A stretch of DNA of 64,000 nt, taken from Longimicrobiales bacterium (lineage in GTDB: Bacteria; Gemmatimonadota; Gemmatimonadetes; Longimicrobiales; Gaopeijiaceae). The stretch is taken from contig OZ250165.1 of the NCBI GenBank assembly GCA_965238005.1, positions 2,208,001-2,272,000 on the forward strand. The letters are read 5' to 3'. The translations under genes were made by a program, and so were the position numbers. Below are positions 49,104 through 61,557 of this stretch, one piece after another. The stretch's first letter is position 1. Each line of letters starts with the position of its first letter. The notes beneath the pieces are model-generated. The model was not told the origin of the DNA. It did no database searches and was given only the letters and a program-made list of their open reading frames with translations.

Positions 49104-50315
49104 GTGTCCTCGCTTCGGTCCGTGGGTATCCCCGCTCTACTGGCGGCGGCTCTCTTTGGGCCGTCGAATCTCGCCGGCCAGGCTGGAGACATCCGCAGAG
49201 AGATCCTCGAGAGCCAGCGCCGGCTCGAGGAGGTCCGGGCCGAGCGGGAACTCCTTCGGCAGGAGATGTCCAACCTGGATGGTCGGGTCCGCGACGCGTC
49301 CGGCGAGCTCGCCAACATCGAGCGACAGATCAGTGTCTCCCGGTCGGCCTTGGGCGAAGTCGACTTTCAGGTGAACGCCGTCGCCGACGAGATCGAGAGC
49401 ACGTCCCGGGACCTCGTGGTCACCAGGGAACGGCTGCAGACCGGTGCCGCTGTGCTCAACCGCCGGCTCCGGGACATCTACAAGCGGGGCCCCCTCCATG
49501 AGGTGCGCGTCATGCTTGGAGCCGCATCCTTCTCGGACATGCTCACCCGGTATCGGTACCTGCGCCTTGTCGCCTCGTACGATCGCACCCTGCTGGAGAG
49601 GGTTCAGGAGCTCGAGTCCGAGCTGGTCGTGGAGAACGACGATCTCCAGAGCCACATGTCCGACCTCGGCCGTCTGAGGCAGGCCAAGCAGCGAGAGGTC
49701 GTCTCGCTCCGCTCGGTGGAGGAGCGGTACAGGCGGGCGCTGGAGAACTACCGAGCCGAGGAACGGCGGGCGGGAAGCCGTCTCGAGGAGCTGGACAGTG
49801 ACGAGATTCGTCTTACGCGGCTGGTCACCGACCTGGAGGCCCGGCGCATCGAACTTGAGAGCCGGACGGCCCGCGGAGGCGCCCCGTTCGTCTCCTCCGA
49901 AGACGCGGGCTCGCTGGACTGGCCGGTGGACGGCGAGCTGATCTATCGCTTCGGTCGAGAGCAGAGGCCGAACGGGATCGTCCTCAGATGGAACGGCATC
50001 GGGATCCAGGCCTCCACCGGTACGCCGGTGCGGGCCGTCCGGTCCGGTACGGTCGTGCTGGCCGGGCCCTTCGAGGGGTACGGACCCACCGTCGTCCTGA
50101 GTCACGGTGAGGGCTTCTACACGCTCTACCTCTACCTCGAGGACATCGGAGTAATCCAGGGGCGGCGGGTCGATGCGGGTCAGGTCGTAGGGACGGTCGG
50201 CGGGTCCGATACCTCGGAAGGTCCACACGTCGAGTTCCAGGTCAGGGCGCCGGTGGACGGAGGGACCCCCCAGGCCAGGGATCCGCTCCAGTGGCTTCGG
50301 CCCCGAGGAAGGTGA
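49104..50315 (+). CDS. envC: EnvC-like murein hydrolase activator (coiled coil + degenerate M23)
   Basis: Long coiled coil, WPVDG, M23 fold lacking zinc ligands (WNGIGI, PHVEFQ); follows ftsEX. Confidence 0.85.
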   Translation: MSSLRSVGIPALLAAALFGPSNLAGQAGDIRREILESQRRLEEVRAERELLRQEMSNLDGRVRDASGELANIERQISVSRSALGEVDFQVNAVADEIESTSRDLVVTRERLQTGAAVLNRRLRDIYKRGPLHEVRVMLGAASFSDMLTRYRYLRLVASYDRTLLERVQELESELVVENDDLQSHMSDLGRLRQAKQREVVSLRSVEERYRRALENYRAEERRAGSRLEELDSDEIRLTRLVTDLEARRIELESRTARGGAPFVSSEDAGSLDWPVDGELIYRFGREQRPNGIVLRWNGIGIQASTGTPVRAVRSGTVVLAGPFEGYGPTVVLSHGEGFYTLYLYLEDIGVIQGRRVDAGQVVGTVGGSDTSEGPHVEFQVRAPVDGGTPQARDPLQWLRPRGR

Positions 50316-51460
50316 GCCTCCACCCCCTGGTCGGGCATGACGCTGTCCGCTCCTCGCTCGCCCTCGCCTGGCAGCGGGGCTCTCTTTCCGTCAGCCTGCT
50401 CATCCATGGGCCCAGAGGCGTCGGGAAGCAGCGACTGGCCCTGTGGCTGGGCCAGCTTCTCCTGTGCACGGATCCCACGCCGGACGGTCCCTGTGCCGAG
50501 TGTAAGGCGTGCCGGCTGTCCGTATCCTTGGAGCATCCGGATCTCCACTGGTACTTCCCGCTCCCGAAGCCGCAACGGGTCCGGCCGGACAAGCTCGGGG
50601 ACGCCATGGAAGAGGCCCGCCACCAGGCCATGGCCGACCGCCGAGAGAACACGCTCAGACCGGCCGTGACAGCCGAGGAGCCAACGGGCCTCTACCTTGC
50701 TGTGGCCCAGCACCTGCGCTCGCAGGCCCAGAAGCGGCCGGCCATGGGTCCCAGGCAGGTCTTCGTCATCGGCGAAGCGGAGACCCTCGTGCCCCAGGAG
50801 TCTAGCCCGGCCGCAGCCAACGCGCTGCTGAAGCTCCTCGAGGAGCCACCCGCCAGCACGCTCCTCATCCTGACCTCCAGCGAGCCGGGTCGCCTCCTGG
50901 CCACGATCCGGTCCAGGACCATGCCGCTTCACCTGCCCGGACTCCCGGACCATGAGGTTGAGGCGTTTCTCGTCGAGGTGGCCGGAGCGGACCCGGAGAG
51001 CGCGGGCCGAGCGGCGCTCCTGGGGAGAGGTTCCATAGGCCGCGCCCTGGGGTTTCTCCCCGCCGGTAACGACCCGGGGCCACTGGAAAAGCTCCGACAG
51101 AAGGCCTTTCGTCTTTTGAAGGTGGCTTCCGCCCCGGACGCCGGTTCCATCTACCGGCAGTCCCTCGAATTCCAGCCCGTCCGTGGTCGCGGCCTGATAC
51201 CGCTCCTCGATCTGTTGGAGGAGGCCCTCAGGGACCTGTCCGCCACGGCCGCGGGAGCTCCCGAGAAGGTCATCAGCCGCGATACTGCAGAGTTCCTGGA
51301 ACGGATCCGGACCGAGCGGGATATCCACCCTGGCGCGGTCGCCGACGCCTTCGAGAGGTTGCAGGAAGCCAAGGAGCTGGCGGCGGGGAACGTCAACCCC
51401 CAACTCGTAGTTGCGGGGCTCTTGACCGGGATCCGAGAGGCATTGAATGGCAGCATCTGA
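50312..51460 (+). CDS. holB: DNA polymerase III delta' subunit
   Basis: GPRGVGK, Zn module C...[29 protein letters not shown]. Confidence 0.9.
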   Translation: MSLHPLVGHDAVRSSLALAWQRGSLSVSLLIHGPRGVGKQRLALWLGQLLLCTDPTPDGPCAECKACRLSVSLEHPDLHWYFPLPKPQRVRPDKLGDAMEEARHQAMADRRENTLRPAVTAEEPTGLYLAVAQHLRSQAQKRPAMGPRQVFVIGEAETLVPQESSPAAANALLKLLEEPPASTLLILTSSEPGRLLATIRSRTMPLHLPGLPDHEVEAFLVEVAGADPESAGRAALLGRGSIGRALGFLPAGNDPGPLEKLRQKAFRLLKVASAPDAGSIYRQSLEFQPVRGRGLIPLLDLLEEALRDLSATAAGAPEKVISRDTAEFLERIRTERDIHPGAVADAFERLQEAKELAAGNVNPQLVVAGLLTGIREALNGSI

Positions 51461-51959
51461 TCAGGACGACACTCCGGGTAACGGAGGTCTGACCCATCTG
51501 GACCCCAGGGGGCACGCCCGCATGGTGGACGTCTCGGAAAAGAACGTCTCCCAGCGCATCGCCGTGGCCGAAGGCCGTATTCGCATGTCGCCCAAGACCC
51601 TGGCTGCCATCGAGGCAGGCGACGTGAAGAAGGGCGACGTGCTCCAGGTGGCCCGCTTGGCCGCCATCTCGGCCGGAAAGCGCACCGGAGATCTCATTCC
51701 ACTCTGCCACGTGCTTCCGGGAGCCTCCTTCAGCATTGACGTGGCGACGGATCCGGCCCTCCCGGGAATCGTCGTACGCGCCGAGGTGAAGGTCGCCGGG
51801 CAGACCGGAGTGGAGATGGAAAGCCTCACCGCTGTGACCGTGGGCCTGCTTACGGTGTACGACATGGGCAAGTCCCTGGATCGCGGCATGGTGATCGAGG
51901 GAGTCCGCCTCCTCCTGAAGGAGGGCGGGAAGTCCGGTCGGTGGTCCGCCGACGTTTAG
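51447..51959 (+). CDS. moaC: Cyclic pyranopterin monophosphate synthase
   Basis: MVDVSEK, KKGDVL, LIPLCH, TGVEME, YDMGK. Confidence 0.97.
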   Translation: MAASDQDDTPGNGGLTHLDPRGHARMVDVSEKNVSQRIAVAEGRIRMSPKTLAAIEAGDVKKGDVLQVARLAAISAGKRTGDLIPLCHVLPGASFSIDVATDPALPGIVVRAEVKVAGQTGVEMESLTAVTVGLLTVYDMGKSLDRGMVIEGVRLLLKEGGKSGRWSADV

Positions 51960-51999
51960 ACACCAGAAGGCAACTCTATTCACTCTTGGAGAAGCGTCC

Positions 52000-53580
52000 G
52001 TGAGATACTCATTCCCGCTTCTTTTCGTGGTCCTCGGGGTCGGCGCCTGCGCCGGCGGCGCCCCCATGCAGCCCGCGGCGCCTCCAGCCCAACCGGAAGC
52101 CACGCGCCCCGGAGCCGACTACACGGGCTCCACTAACCGGGCGGCAGCAACCATCAGGGCAGACGAGATTCTCGAGCACATCGAGTTCCTCGCCAGCGAC
52201 GCGTTGGGGGGTCGCGACACTCCGAGCCCTGGCCTCGAGGCTGCGGCCGAATACCTGGCCGCGGAGTTCGAAAGCGCCGGCCTCGAGCCCGCCGGCGACG
52301 ACGGCACGTTCCTTCAGCGTTTCCCTTACACTCGCACCGCCATGGTCCCCGAGCGTAGGCGTCTAGGATACGAGAGTGCCTCCGGAGCGGAGGAACTCGA
52401 GTTCGGACGAGACTACTACGTGATTCCCGGACAGCAAATCGCCGACGACACGGAGGCCGTCTTCGGCGGCCGGGCCGGGCAGCCGGCCGCCGACGTCGTA
52501 CAGGTGGCCCGGGGCAAGGTCCTCCTCTTCGCTACCGACGGGAATCCGGTGGTGGGCACGGGCGAGGCACTCATGAGCGCGTTCCAGGCTGCCGCGCAGG
52601 GAGGAGCCTCCGCGGTGGTCCTCCTTCTGGACGACACCAACACTCCCGACAGCATTCTCGACCTGGCCAGCGGGATCCAGGGCGCCGGATTGGCCACCCC
52701 ACTTCCTGTCGTCGGCCTGTCCCCCGAGAGGTCCCGTGAGCTATTCGCGGCTGCCGGCCTGGACCTGCCGTCCCTGCGCGAGTCCCCTCCGGAGAGCGCC
52801 ATCACCCTGGAAGGCGTCACCATGACGGTGGCGGCACCCTTCGAGATATCGGAGCACACTCCCCCCAACGTAATAGCCATTTTCAGGGGAAGTGACCCCG
52901 TCCTCCGGAACGAGTACATCGTCTACAGCGCCCATTTCGACCACGTGGGCATCGGGCTGACCGACGAAGCCGGGGACTCCATCTACAACGGCGCCGACGA
53001 CGACGCGTCCGGCACCTCGGTGCTCCTTGAGACCGCGGCCGCGTTCGCGGCCATGGATGTGCTCCCGGCACGCTCCGTGATCTTCCTTGCCGTGAGTGGA
53101 GAGGAGAAGGGGCTCCTCGGATCGAAGTACTTCTCCGAGAATCCCACGGTGCCCATCGACGACATCATCATGAACATCAACATGGACATGGTGGGCAGAA
53201 ACCATCCCGACACAATCATCGCTGTGGGCCGACAGTACACCAATCTCGGCGCCCTTACGGACCGTATCCTCCAGGAGCACCCCGAGCTCGGGTTCACGGT
53301 CATCGAGGATCCGAAGCCCGAAGAACAGGCCTTCTTCCGGAGCGATCACCTCCACTTCGTCAACAAGGACATCCCGGCGATTTTCTTCACCACGTGGGAC
53401 CACGAGGACTACCACAAGCCCTCCGACGAAGCACATCTCATCGACTCGGAGAAGACGGCGCGCGTCGCGAAGATGGTGTTCTACCTGGGCGCCCGCATCG
53501 CCGGTGGGGACGAGGATCCGGAGTGGACGGAGGACGGCCTGGCCGAGGTCCAAAGGATCATCGCCAAGAGCGGGAACTGA
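52000..53580 (+). CDS. M28-family aminopeptidase lipoprotein
   Basis: Lipobox VGAC, SAHFDH, GADDDASG, GEEKGLLGS, NMDM, RSDH, DYH. Confidence 0.92.
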   Translation: MRYSFPLLFVVLGVGACAGGAPMQPAAPPAQPEATRPGADYTGSTNRAAATIRADEILEHIEFLASDALGGRDTPSPGLEAAAEYLAAEFESAGLEPAGDDGTFLQRFPYTRTAMVPERRRLGYESASGAEELEFGRDYYVIPGQQIADDTEAVFGGRAGQPAADVVQVARGKVLLFATDGNPVVGTGEALMSAFQAAAQGGASAVVLLLDDTNTPDSILDLASGIQGAGLATPLPVVGLSPERSRELFAAAGLDLPSLRESPPESAITLEGVTMTVAAPFEISEHTPPNVIAIFRGSDPVLRNEYIVYSAHFDHVGIGLTDEAGDSIYNGADDDASGTSVLLETAAAFAAMDVLPARSVIFLAVSGEEKGLLGSKYFSENPTVPIDDIIMNINMDMVGRNHPDTIIAVGRQYTNLGALTDRILQEHPELGFTVIEDPKPEEQAFFRSDHLHFVNKDIPAIFFTTWDHEDYHKPSDEAHLIDSEKTARVAKMVFYLGARIAGGDEDPEWTEDGLAEVQRIIAKSGN

Positions 53581-53636
53581 CCGGGAACCCGACCCCGAAA
53601 GGCCACCGCCCAGTCAACTCGCCGGAGGAGAGGCTC

Positions 53637-54225
53637 CTAGGAGCCTCTTCTGAGCTCGCCGGCCCTGGGAGCCCGTGGGACGACGACCCACTGCCCGATC
53701 TGGAGGCGCCGGGGCTCGATTCCAGGATTGGCGGCCTGCAGAAGGTCGACCCTCACCCCGTAGCGGAGCGCGATGTGGCTGAATGTCTCGCCGCTCCGCA
53801 CCTGTGCTCCAGGAAGCTGACGCGCTGCTCCGGAGGGATGAGGGCGTAATTTCTCTCGAACACGGAGCCTCGACCCCCCGCCACCCGGATGATCCTCTCC
53901 CAGTCCGGCGGTGTGAATCCGCGCACAAGCTGTGGATTAAGGGCTTCGATGGACTCCTGACGACTGTCGGCCGCCTCGGCGATTACGTCCACCGAGGTGG
54001 CGTCCGGAACGATCACCTCCTCGAAGCGCAGAGGGGTCGTGGAAGGAAGCTCGAATCCGTACCGCTCGGGGGAGCCCGCGAGCGTGGAAGCCGCGAGTAG
54101 CTTCGGGATGAAGTCGCGCGCCTCGGGCGGAAGCAACTCGTACAGGACCAGGAACAGGCGCTGCCCGCCAGCAGCCCCAGATTTCCCGCAGCCAGAGCGA
54201 TCCGGAGCACTCCCTTCCCATTCAT
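53637..54225 (-). pseudogene. Degenerate MltD-like lytic transglycosylase/LysM gene
   Basis: Lipoprotein signal (MNGK...LAGSAC) joined out of frame to LPPEARDFIPKLLA; LysM VRSGETFSHIALRYG...LQIGQ in another frame after about 53802; SLT catalytic core absent. Confidence 0.8.
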
Positions 54226-55331
54226 CAGTCGAGCACTTGGTCTACCGCGCCCAATAGTCGATCCACGATCTCGTCGGTGGCCGCCGACCCCATGAGCCCG
54301 ATCCTCCAAAGCTTCCCCTCACCAGGCCCCAGGCCGCCGCCAACCTCGATGCCATGCTCCTCCAACAGCCTGAGACGGAGCGGCCCTTCTTCCCTTCCGT
54401 CGGGGAGCTCCACGGATGTGAGCTGCGGGAGGCGGTGGCCCTCCTCGGCGAAGCAGCGGAATCCCCGCTCCTGCAGCTCTTCCTGAAGCCGCTCGCCGAC
54501 GCGCTTGTGGCGGGCGAAGCGGGCCTCGAGCCCCTCCTCCTCGATGGCCACCAGACCTTCGTGCAGGCTATAGATGAGGTTGATGGGCGCGGTGTGGTGG
54601 TAGCGCCGCGCCGCTCCCAGATATCCGGCGATGAGCGTTACGTCGAGATACCAGCTCTGTGACTCGTACTCGCGGGTGCCCACACGCTCCATGGCCTTCT
54701 CGGAGAAGGTAATGGGAGCGAGCCCGGGCGGAACGCCGATGCACTTCTGTGTTCCCGAGTAGCAGACGTCGATCTTCCGGGCGTCGACCTCCACGGGAAT
54801 ACCGGCCAAAGACGTCACGGCATCCACGACGAAGAGCGTCTCGGTATCCGTGAGGGCCTCTCCGACCTCTTCCAGCGGCTGCCACACACCCGTGGACGTC
54901 TCAGCGTGGACCAGGGCGAGCAAACGAGCACCAGGGTGCTGTGCGTGTGCCTCCAGGAGGGCGTCTGCGGGTATGGTCCGTCCCCATTCCGCCTCCACCG
55001 GGACCACGAGGGCTCCCATACGCCGGGCCATCTCCGCCAGGCGGGTGCCGAAGACGCCATTCACTCCGATGATGGCCGTATCGCCCGGCTCCAGAACGTT
55101 GCACAGGGCGGCCTCCATGCCTGCCGATCCGGTGGCTGAGACGGGGAAGGTCATCTCCCTTCCCGTCCCGAAGACCAGCCGGAGCTTGTCCTTGACCTCA
55201 TCCAACAGTTGAAGGAAGCCGGGATCGAGATGGCCCACGGTGGGATGGGCCATGGCGGCCAGAACCCGCTCCGAGACCGGAGAGGGCCCTGGACCCAGCA
55301 GGAGCCGGGCCGGTATGTCGTGTACTCGCAT
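54225..55331 (-). CDS. Alanine--glyoxylate/serine--pyruvate aminotransferase (class V PLP)
   Basis: [40 protein letters not shown]. Confidence 0.93.
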   Translation of the reverse strand: MRVHDIPARLLLGPGPSPVSERVLAAMAHPTVGHLDPGFLQLLDEVKDKLRLVFGTGREMTFPVSATGSAGMEAALCNVLEPGDTAIIGVNGVFGTRLAEMARRMGALVVPVEAEWGRTIPADALLEAHAQHPGARLLALVHAETSTGVWQPLEEVGEALTDTETLFVVDAVTSLAGIPVEVDARKIDVCYSGTQKCIGVPPGLAPITFSEKAMERVGTREYESQSWYLDVTLIAGYLGAARRYHHTAPINLIYSLHEGLVAIEEEGLEARFARHKRVGERLQEELQERGFRCFAEEGHRLPQLTSVELPDGREEGPLRLRLLEEHGIEVGGGLGPGEGKLWRIGLMGSAATDEIVDRLLGAVDQVLD

Positions 55332-55348
55332 GGTAGGTGCGCTGGCTT

Positions 55349-56884
<1,536 letters not shown>

Positions 56885-56903
56885 TTATTGGTCACCATGG
56901 AAG

Positions 56904-56933
56904 ATCTTACCTGAAGGCGTCTCGGGGTGTCAA
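56904..56933 (-). promoter_or_regulatory. Sigma70 promoter for guaB
   Basis: TTGACA-N18-TAAGAT on the minus strand. Confidence 0.6.
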
Positions 56934-57319
56934 CCCTCCTCTTTCGGAGGGTCGCCGGACTCTCCACCTTCGTCGTTTTTTGCTTCATCGAGGCTCGGGA
57001 CGTCGGGCGGGGAGGACTCTCCGAGGGACGGCGTCAACTCCTCCATGAGCTGCTTGCCGGCCGATGACACGCTGGAGAGGACACGGTCGGCAGCGGAGAT
57101 GAGCTGAAAGGCCTCCCGTAGCGTCGCGGGACTCATGGCCTTCTTCCGGAGCTTGTCCTCCATGGCCTCCGCGAATCTCTGGAGACCAGACGCTTCCTGG
57201 GCGATGTCGGTGGCGTATTTGCTCTCGAGGAACTCGATGTAGTCGAGGACCTGATAGACCTGCTCCTCTGGCAGGCTCTCGATCTTTCGCATGAGGCGCT
57301 GCCGGAGTACGTCGTGCAT
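56930..57319 (-). CDS. Hypothetical protein (DUF2281-like N-terminus)
   Basis: KIESLPEEQVYQVLDYIEFLESKY; helical body and acidic tail. Confidence 0.7.
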   Translation of the reverse strand: MHDVLRQRLMRKIESLPEEQVYQVLDYIEFLESKYATDIAQEASGLQRFAEAMEDKLRKKAMSPATLREAFQLISAADRVLSSVSSAGKQLMEELTPSLGESSPPDVPSLDEAKNDEGGESGDPPKEEG

Positions 57320-57481
57320 GACCGTTATTCCCGAGTTGGTTGCAGGTCCCGGTGAAAAAGGGTTTCGAGCAAGTTAACACAGGCCCCGGGGAGGAAGCGA
57401 CGGCTTTGCAGGGCCGAGGGAAGCCAATATCGTGCACCTTCGTTCCGGAACTCCCTCATCCCTACGGGGCTAGAGGCCGGC

Positions 57482-58306
57482 ATGGTTTTTCTCCCCAACC
57501 GCAAAGTCGATATCGATGCCCACGCGAGTCGTCTCTACGACGCCTGGCTCGGATCCATCGAGGAGCGCCTAGAAGACCCCTCCTGCGATCGCTACGAGCT
57601 GTGCCGGACGGTCCTGACGGAGATCCATTATCCGGATCTGGCCGGGGTCGATCCCGAGACCCTTCCCCCTTCGACTCTAGTCCTTCTGGCGCAGATGGAC
57701 GCCCGGAGCGTCACCCTGGAGCCCGAGTACTACGCCGAGACCGACCTGGAGCGCTACGCTCGGGTGAAGCCCCTCATCTGGCTCTGGGAGGGGTTCGACA
57801 GGAGCGCCCTGGGCGAGAACGTCTACCTGGGGGTCAAGTTCCGGAGGATCCTCGCGCAGCGCATCTTCCGGAGCTGCGGGAGGAACTTCAAGGCCTTTCA
57901 CCACGTGAAGCTCTCCTTCGGTTACAACCTCGAAGTGGGAGACGGCGTCGTGGTACACCGCCACGTGCTCCTGGACGACCGGGGCGGAATCCGGCTCGGG
58001 AATGGCGCCTCCGTCTCGGACTTCGCCAACATCTACAGCCACTCCCACGACGTGGTGGAGGGCAGGGACATCACCACTCCCGTCACCGTCATCGGGGATG
58101 GCGTCCGGATCACCTACCACGCCACCGTGATGTCGGGCGTCCATCTCGCCGACGGCACCATGCTCGGGTCGTTCGGGATGGCCACCCGGGACACGGACCC
58201 CCACACCATCTACGCGGGGATCCCGGCGAAGAAGATCAAGGACAAGCCGGTTCGCGAGCGGCCGCCACCCACGCCCGATCCCCTTGCCGACGATCCGGAC
58301 GAGTAG
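57482..58306 (+). CDS. Hexapeptide-repeat acyltransferase
   Basis: LbH repeats VGDGVVV, LGNGASV, IGDGVRI, ending AGIPAK. Confidence 0.85.
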   Translation: MVFLPNRKVDIDAHASRLYDAWLGSIEERLEDPSCDRYELCRTVLTEIHYPDLAGVDPETLPPSTLVLLAQMDARSVTLEPEYYAETDLERYARVKPLIWLWEGFDRSALGENVYLGVKFRRILAQRIFRSCGRNFKAFHHVKLSFGYNLEVGDGVVVHRHVLLDDRGGIRLGNGASVSDFANIYSHSHDVVEGRDITTPVTVIGDGVRITYHATVMSGVHLADGTMLGSFGMATRDTDPHTIYAGIPAKKIKDKPVRERPPPTPDPLADDPDE

Positions 58307-58395
58307 GCAATCCCCCGCGGAGGTCGCGAGGCCAGCCGGGGATGACCTCGGAACGGGTACCGGCGACTCCGGATTCTGACGAGTCCCCTGAAGGC

Positions 58396-60354
58396 TTACC
58401 CCTCTTCGGCCTCGTACTGCTTCTGCAGCCGCTCCACAACCGCGGGATCGGCCAACGTCGTGGTGTCGCCCAGAGCATGGCCTTCTGCCACGTCCTTCAG
58501 CAGACGTCGCATGATCTTGCCCGATCTGGTCTTGGGCAGGTCCGCGGTGAAGACGATGATCTCGGGACGGGCGATGGCGCCGATCTTCTCGACTACGTGG
58601 CCCTTCAGCTCGCCTTCGAGCTCGTCGCTGCCGTTGAGGCCCTGCCTGAGCGTCACGAAGGCGGCGATGGCCTGACCCTTCACGTCGTGCGACTTGCCGA
58701 CGACAGCCGCTTCGACCACAGCCTCGTGGTCGACGAGCGCGCTCTCCACCTCCATCGTCCCGATTCGATGGCCGGCCACGTTGAGCACGTCGTCCACGCG
58801 GCCCAGAATCCAGAGGTACCCGTCGTCGTCGAGCTTGGCGCCGTCGCCGGGGAAGTAGATCCCGTCCCACTTGGACCAGTACGTCGCGCGGTACCGCTCC
58901 TCGTCACCGTAGATGGTGCGCAGCATGGCTGGCCATGGCTCCGTGATGGCGAGGAAGCCGGCCTTCACCTCGTTGCCGTCATCGTCGAGAAGGGTGACCG
59001 AGATGCCGGGGAAGGGCTCGGTGGCGCTGCCCGGGCGGGTCTCGGTCACAGCGGGGAGGGGTGTAATCATGATGGCCCCCGTCTCGGTCTGCCACCACGT
59101 GTCGACGATGGGGCACCGCTCGCCTCCGATCACCTCGCGATACCACATCCAGGCTTCGGGGTTGATGGGCTCCCCCACAGTCCCCAGGAGCCTAAGCTTG
59201 GACAGGTCGTGCTTTGCCGGCCACTCGTCACCCCACTTCATGAAGGCGCGGATCGCCGTGGGTGCCGTGTAGAAGACCGTGACTCCGTACTTGGCACACA
59301 GCTCCCAGAATCGGTCGTTCTCCGGCCAGTTGGGGGCCCCTTCGTACATGAGGGCCGTAGCGCCGTTCGCCAGCGGCCCGTACACGATGTAGCTGTGCCC
59401 CGTGACCCAGCCCACGTCGGCCGTGCACCAGTAGACGTCGTCCTCCCTGAGATCGAAGACGCACTTGGTCGTGGCGTACACCTGCGTGAGGTAGCCACCC
59501 GTGGTGTGGACCACACCCTTCGGCTTGCCGGTGGTCCCCGAGGTATACAGGATGTAGAGCAGGTCCTCCGCATCCATGACCTCGGGCGGACAGTTGGCGC
59601 CGGCATCGGCGACCAGCTCGTGATACCAGTGGTCCCGGCCCTCTTCCATATGCGCGTCGACCTCGGCGGTGAGTTCTGCGCCACGGGCCACGACCACCAC
59701 GCTCTCAATGGTCGGGCACGACTCGACGGCCTTGTCGGAGTTGACCTTGAGGGGCACGATGCCACCTCGTCGGTAGCCTCCGTCGGCGGTGATGAGCACC
59801 TTCGCCTCGGCGTCGTTGATCCGGTCTGCCAGGGACTCCGGGCTGAAGCCGCCGAAGACCACCGAATGGGGGGCTCCGATCCGCGAGCACGCCAGCATGG
59901 CGATGGCCGCCTCCGGGATCATGGGCAGGTAGATGGCCACCCGATCGCCCTTCCCAACCCCCAGGCCCTTCAGAGCGTTGGCGAACTGGCACACCTCCCT
60001 GTGCAGGCTCCAGTAGGTGTAGACCCGGGTGTCGCCGGGCTCTCCCTCCCAGATCAGGGCCGCCTTGTTACGACGGGGGCCGTCCAGGTGGCGGTCCAGA
60101 CAGTTATGGGAGACGTTGAGCTTTCCGCCCACGAACCACTTCGCGTGGGGCGGATCCCATTCGAGAACCGTGTGCCACTTCTCGAACCAATCCAGCTCCT
60201 CCGCCCAAGACTCCCAGAACGCCAGACGATCGTCGGCGGCCTGATCGTAGGGCCGTCGATGCTCCACGACCGCCCCTTCCTTGAAGTGCTCGGGTGGGGG
60301 AAAGCGACGTTCTTCCGTCAGGAGTACATCGAGAATTCCGCCTTCGGCACTCAT
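58396..60354 (-). CDS. acs: Acetyl-CoA synthetase
   Basis: [42 protein letters not shown]. Confidence 0.97.
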   Translation of the reverse strand: MSAEGGILDVLLTEERRFPPPEHFKEGAVVEHRRPYDQAADDRLAFWESWAEELDWFEKWHTVLEWDPPHAKWFVGGKLNVSHNCLDRHLDGPRRNKAALIWEGEPGDTRVYTYWSLHREVCQFANALKGLGVGKGDRVAIYLPMIPEAAIAMLACSRIGAPHSVVFGGFSPESLADRINDAEAKVLITADGGYRRGGIVPLKVNSDKAVESCPTIESVVVVARGAELTAEVDAHMEEGRDHWYHELVADAGANCPPEVMDAEDLLYILYTSGTTGKPKGVVHTTGGYLTQVYATTKCVFDLREDDVYWCTADVGWVTGHSYIVYGPLANGATALMYEGAPNWPENDRFWELCAKYGVTVFYTAPTAIRAFMKWGDEWPAKHDLSKLRLLGTVGEPINPEAWMWYREVIGGERCPIVDTWWQTETGAIMITPLPAVTETRPGSATEPFPGISVTLLDDDGNEVKAGFLAITEPWPAMLRTIYGDEERYRATYWSKWDGIYFPGDGAKLDDDGYLWILGRVDDVLNVAGHRIGTMEVESALVDHEAVVEAAVVGKSHDVKGQAIAAFVTLRQGLNGSDELEGELKGHVVEKIGAIARPEIIVFTADLPKTRSGKIMRRLLKDVAEGHALGDTTTLADPAVVERLQKQYEAEEG

Positions 60355-60490
60355 TCAGCTACCTCCAAGCGCAGGGACGATTCGATCGCGTGTTGGATCC
60401 GGGGCGTCGGGGAAAAGGTCCGACCGGCGTCGGAGCGTGAGATTAGGGGCGTGTTGTAGAGTCGGGCAAGCGTTCCGCGGACGTCTTCGG

Positions 60491-61051
60491 CTAACCACCG
60501 CCGTCGTGAAGCAACCTGAATTCCTCCTGAGCCATGGCCCGCTCGAACGCCGCCACGGCGGCGGACGCCAGAGCCGAGACGGCATTCGCCCCGGCCCTCA
60601 TCGCCTTGGCGGGAATTCGGAGCTTGAGGCGAACCTCACTCTCTGCCTCGTCGGGATCCTGGTCCGGTCCGTTCAGGCGCAGGCGAACGGTGAGGGGGGT
60701 CCGATACCCTTCGGGCATGCACTCCTCGGTCATGCGAGCGAGAGAGGTCAGGAGTTCCTTCATGGGCCCGAGGCTGGCCAGCTCCGGGCCTTCCACGACC
60801 AGCGCCAGATTGCCCTTCAGACCCTTCGATGTCTCGTCCAGGAACACATCGATGCTCACGAAATCGGGGGCTCGCTCGTTGTGGAAGAAGAGGTAGGCGC
60901 TTCTTGAGGTCTCCCCTTCCCACCGTCCCTCGAACTGGTGACTCGTCGTCTTCTGTAGACCCGACAGTTCCCAGCCTGCCCCCGATACCCCGTCCTGAAC
61001 GGCTTCGATGAGCGGCTCCAGGGTCAGAAGTGGCTCACTCGTCGTCGTCAT
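60491..61051 (-). CDS. Hypothetical protein
   Basis: 186 aa ORF filling the gap, natural composition (GWELSGLQKTTS...SAYLFFH). Confidence 0.7.
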   Translation of the reverse strand: MTTTSEPLLTLEPLIEAVQDGVSGAGWELSGLQKTTSHQFEGRWEGETSRSAYLFFHNERAPDFVSIDVFLDETSKGLKGNLALVVEGPELASLGPMKELLTSLARMTEECMPEGYRTPLTVRLRLNGPDQDPDEAESEVRLKLRIPAKAMRAGANAVSALASAAVAAFERAMAQEEFRLLHDGGG

Positions 61052-61086
61052 GGATCAACACCGAGGCTCAAGGGTATGGCGGCAAC

Positions 61087-61557
61087 ATGTCCAGAGCATC
61101 CAAGTCCAGCGACCAGATCCTCCGTGAGGCACTCGAGGCGCGGGGGCATCGCTTCACCGATCAGCGCGCGGCGGTCTATCGGCTTCTCGCTCATACCACC
61201 GTTCACCCCACGGCGGACGAAGTGTTTCTCGGCGTGAGGGACGAGGTGCCCGGAATCTCGCTGGCCACCGTGTACAAGAGCCTCGAGACTCTCGTGTCGT
61301 GCGGTCTCGCCAGCAAGCTCAGTCACGCCGACGGGTCGGCTCGCTACGACGGGAGGACCGATCCTCACCACCATGCCAGGTGTCTCGCCTGTGGATCCGT
61401 GTCCGACGTCCCGGGCCAGCTCCGTGACTCCGAGCTCTCCCACGTCCGGTCGGAGGCCAATGGCTTCCAAGTCACCGGATATCAGCTGGAGCTCACGGGA
61501 TACTGCCCGGAGTGCGCTGGGAAGATAGATGGCGAGGCGGCCGCCGCCGTCGGTTGA
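61087..61557 (+). CDS. Fur-family regulator (PerR-like)
   Basis: RFTDQR, HPTADEV, ISLATVYKSL, HHHARCLACG, GYCPEC. Confidence 0.92.
   Translation: MSRASKSSDQILREALEARGHRFTDQRAAVYRLLAHTTVHPTADEVFLGVRDEVPGISLATVYKSLETLVSCGLASKLSHADGSARYDGRTDPHHHARCLACGSVSDVPGQLRDSELSHVRSEANGFQVTGYQLELTGYCPECAGKIDGEAAAAVG

Noticed and set aside
49104..50315. M23 domain missing zinc ligands
   Set aside because: Expected for EnvC-type activators downstream of ftsEX; not novel
56930..57319. DUF2281-like gene as the antitoxin of a TA pair
   Set aside because: No toxin neighbour; flanked by guaB and an acyltransferase
57340..60459. 1039-aa plus-strand ORF and other long shadow ORFs (e.g. 7856..9562, 38455..40413, 5008..6654)
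   Set aside because: Antisense or off-frame shadows of well-supported genes, expected at high GC; no recognisable motifs
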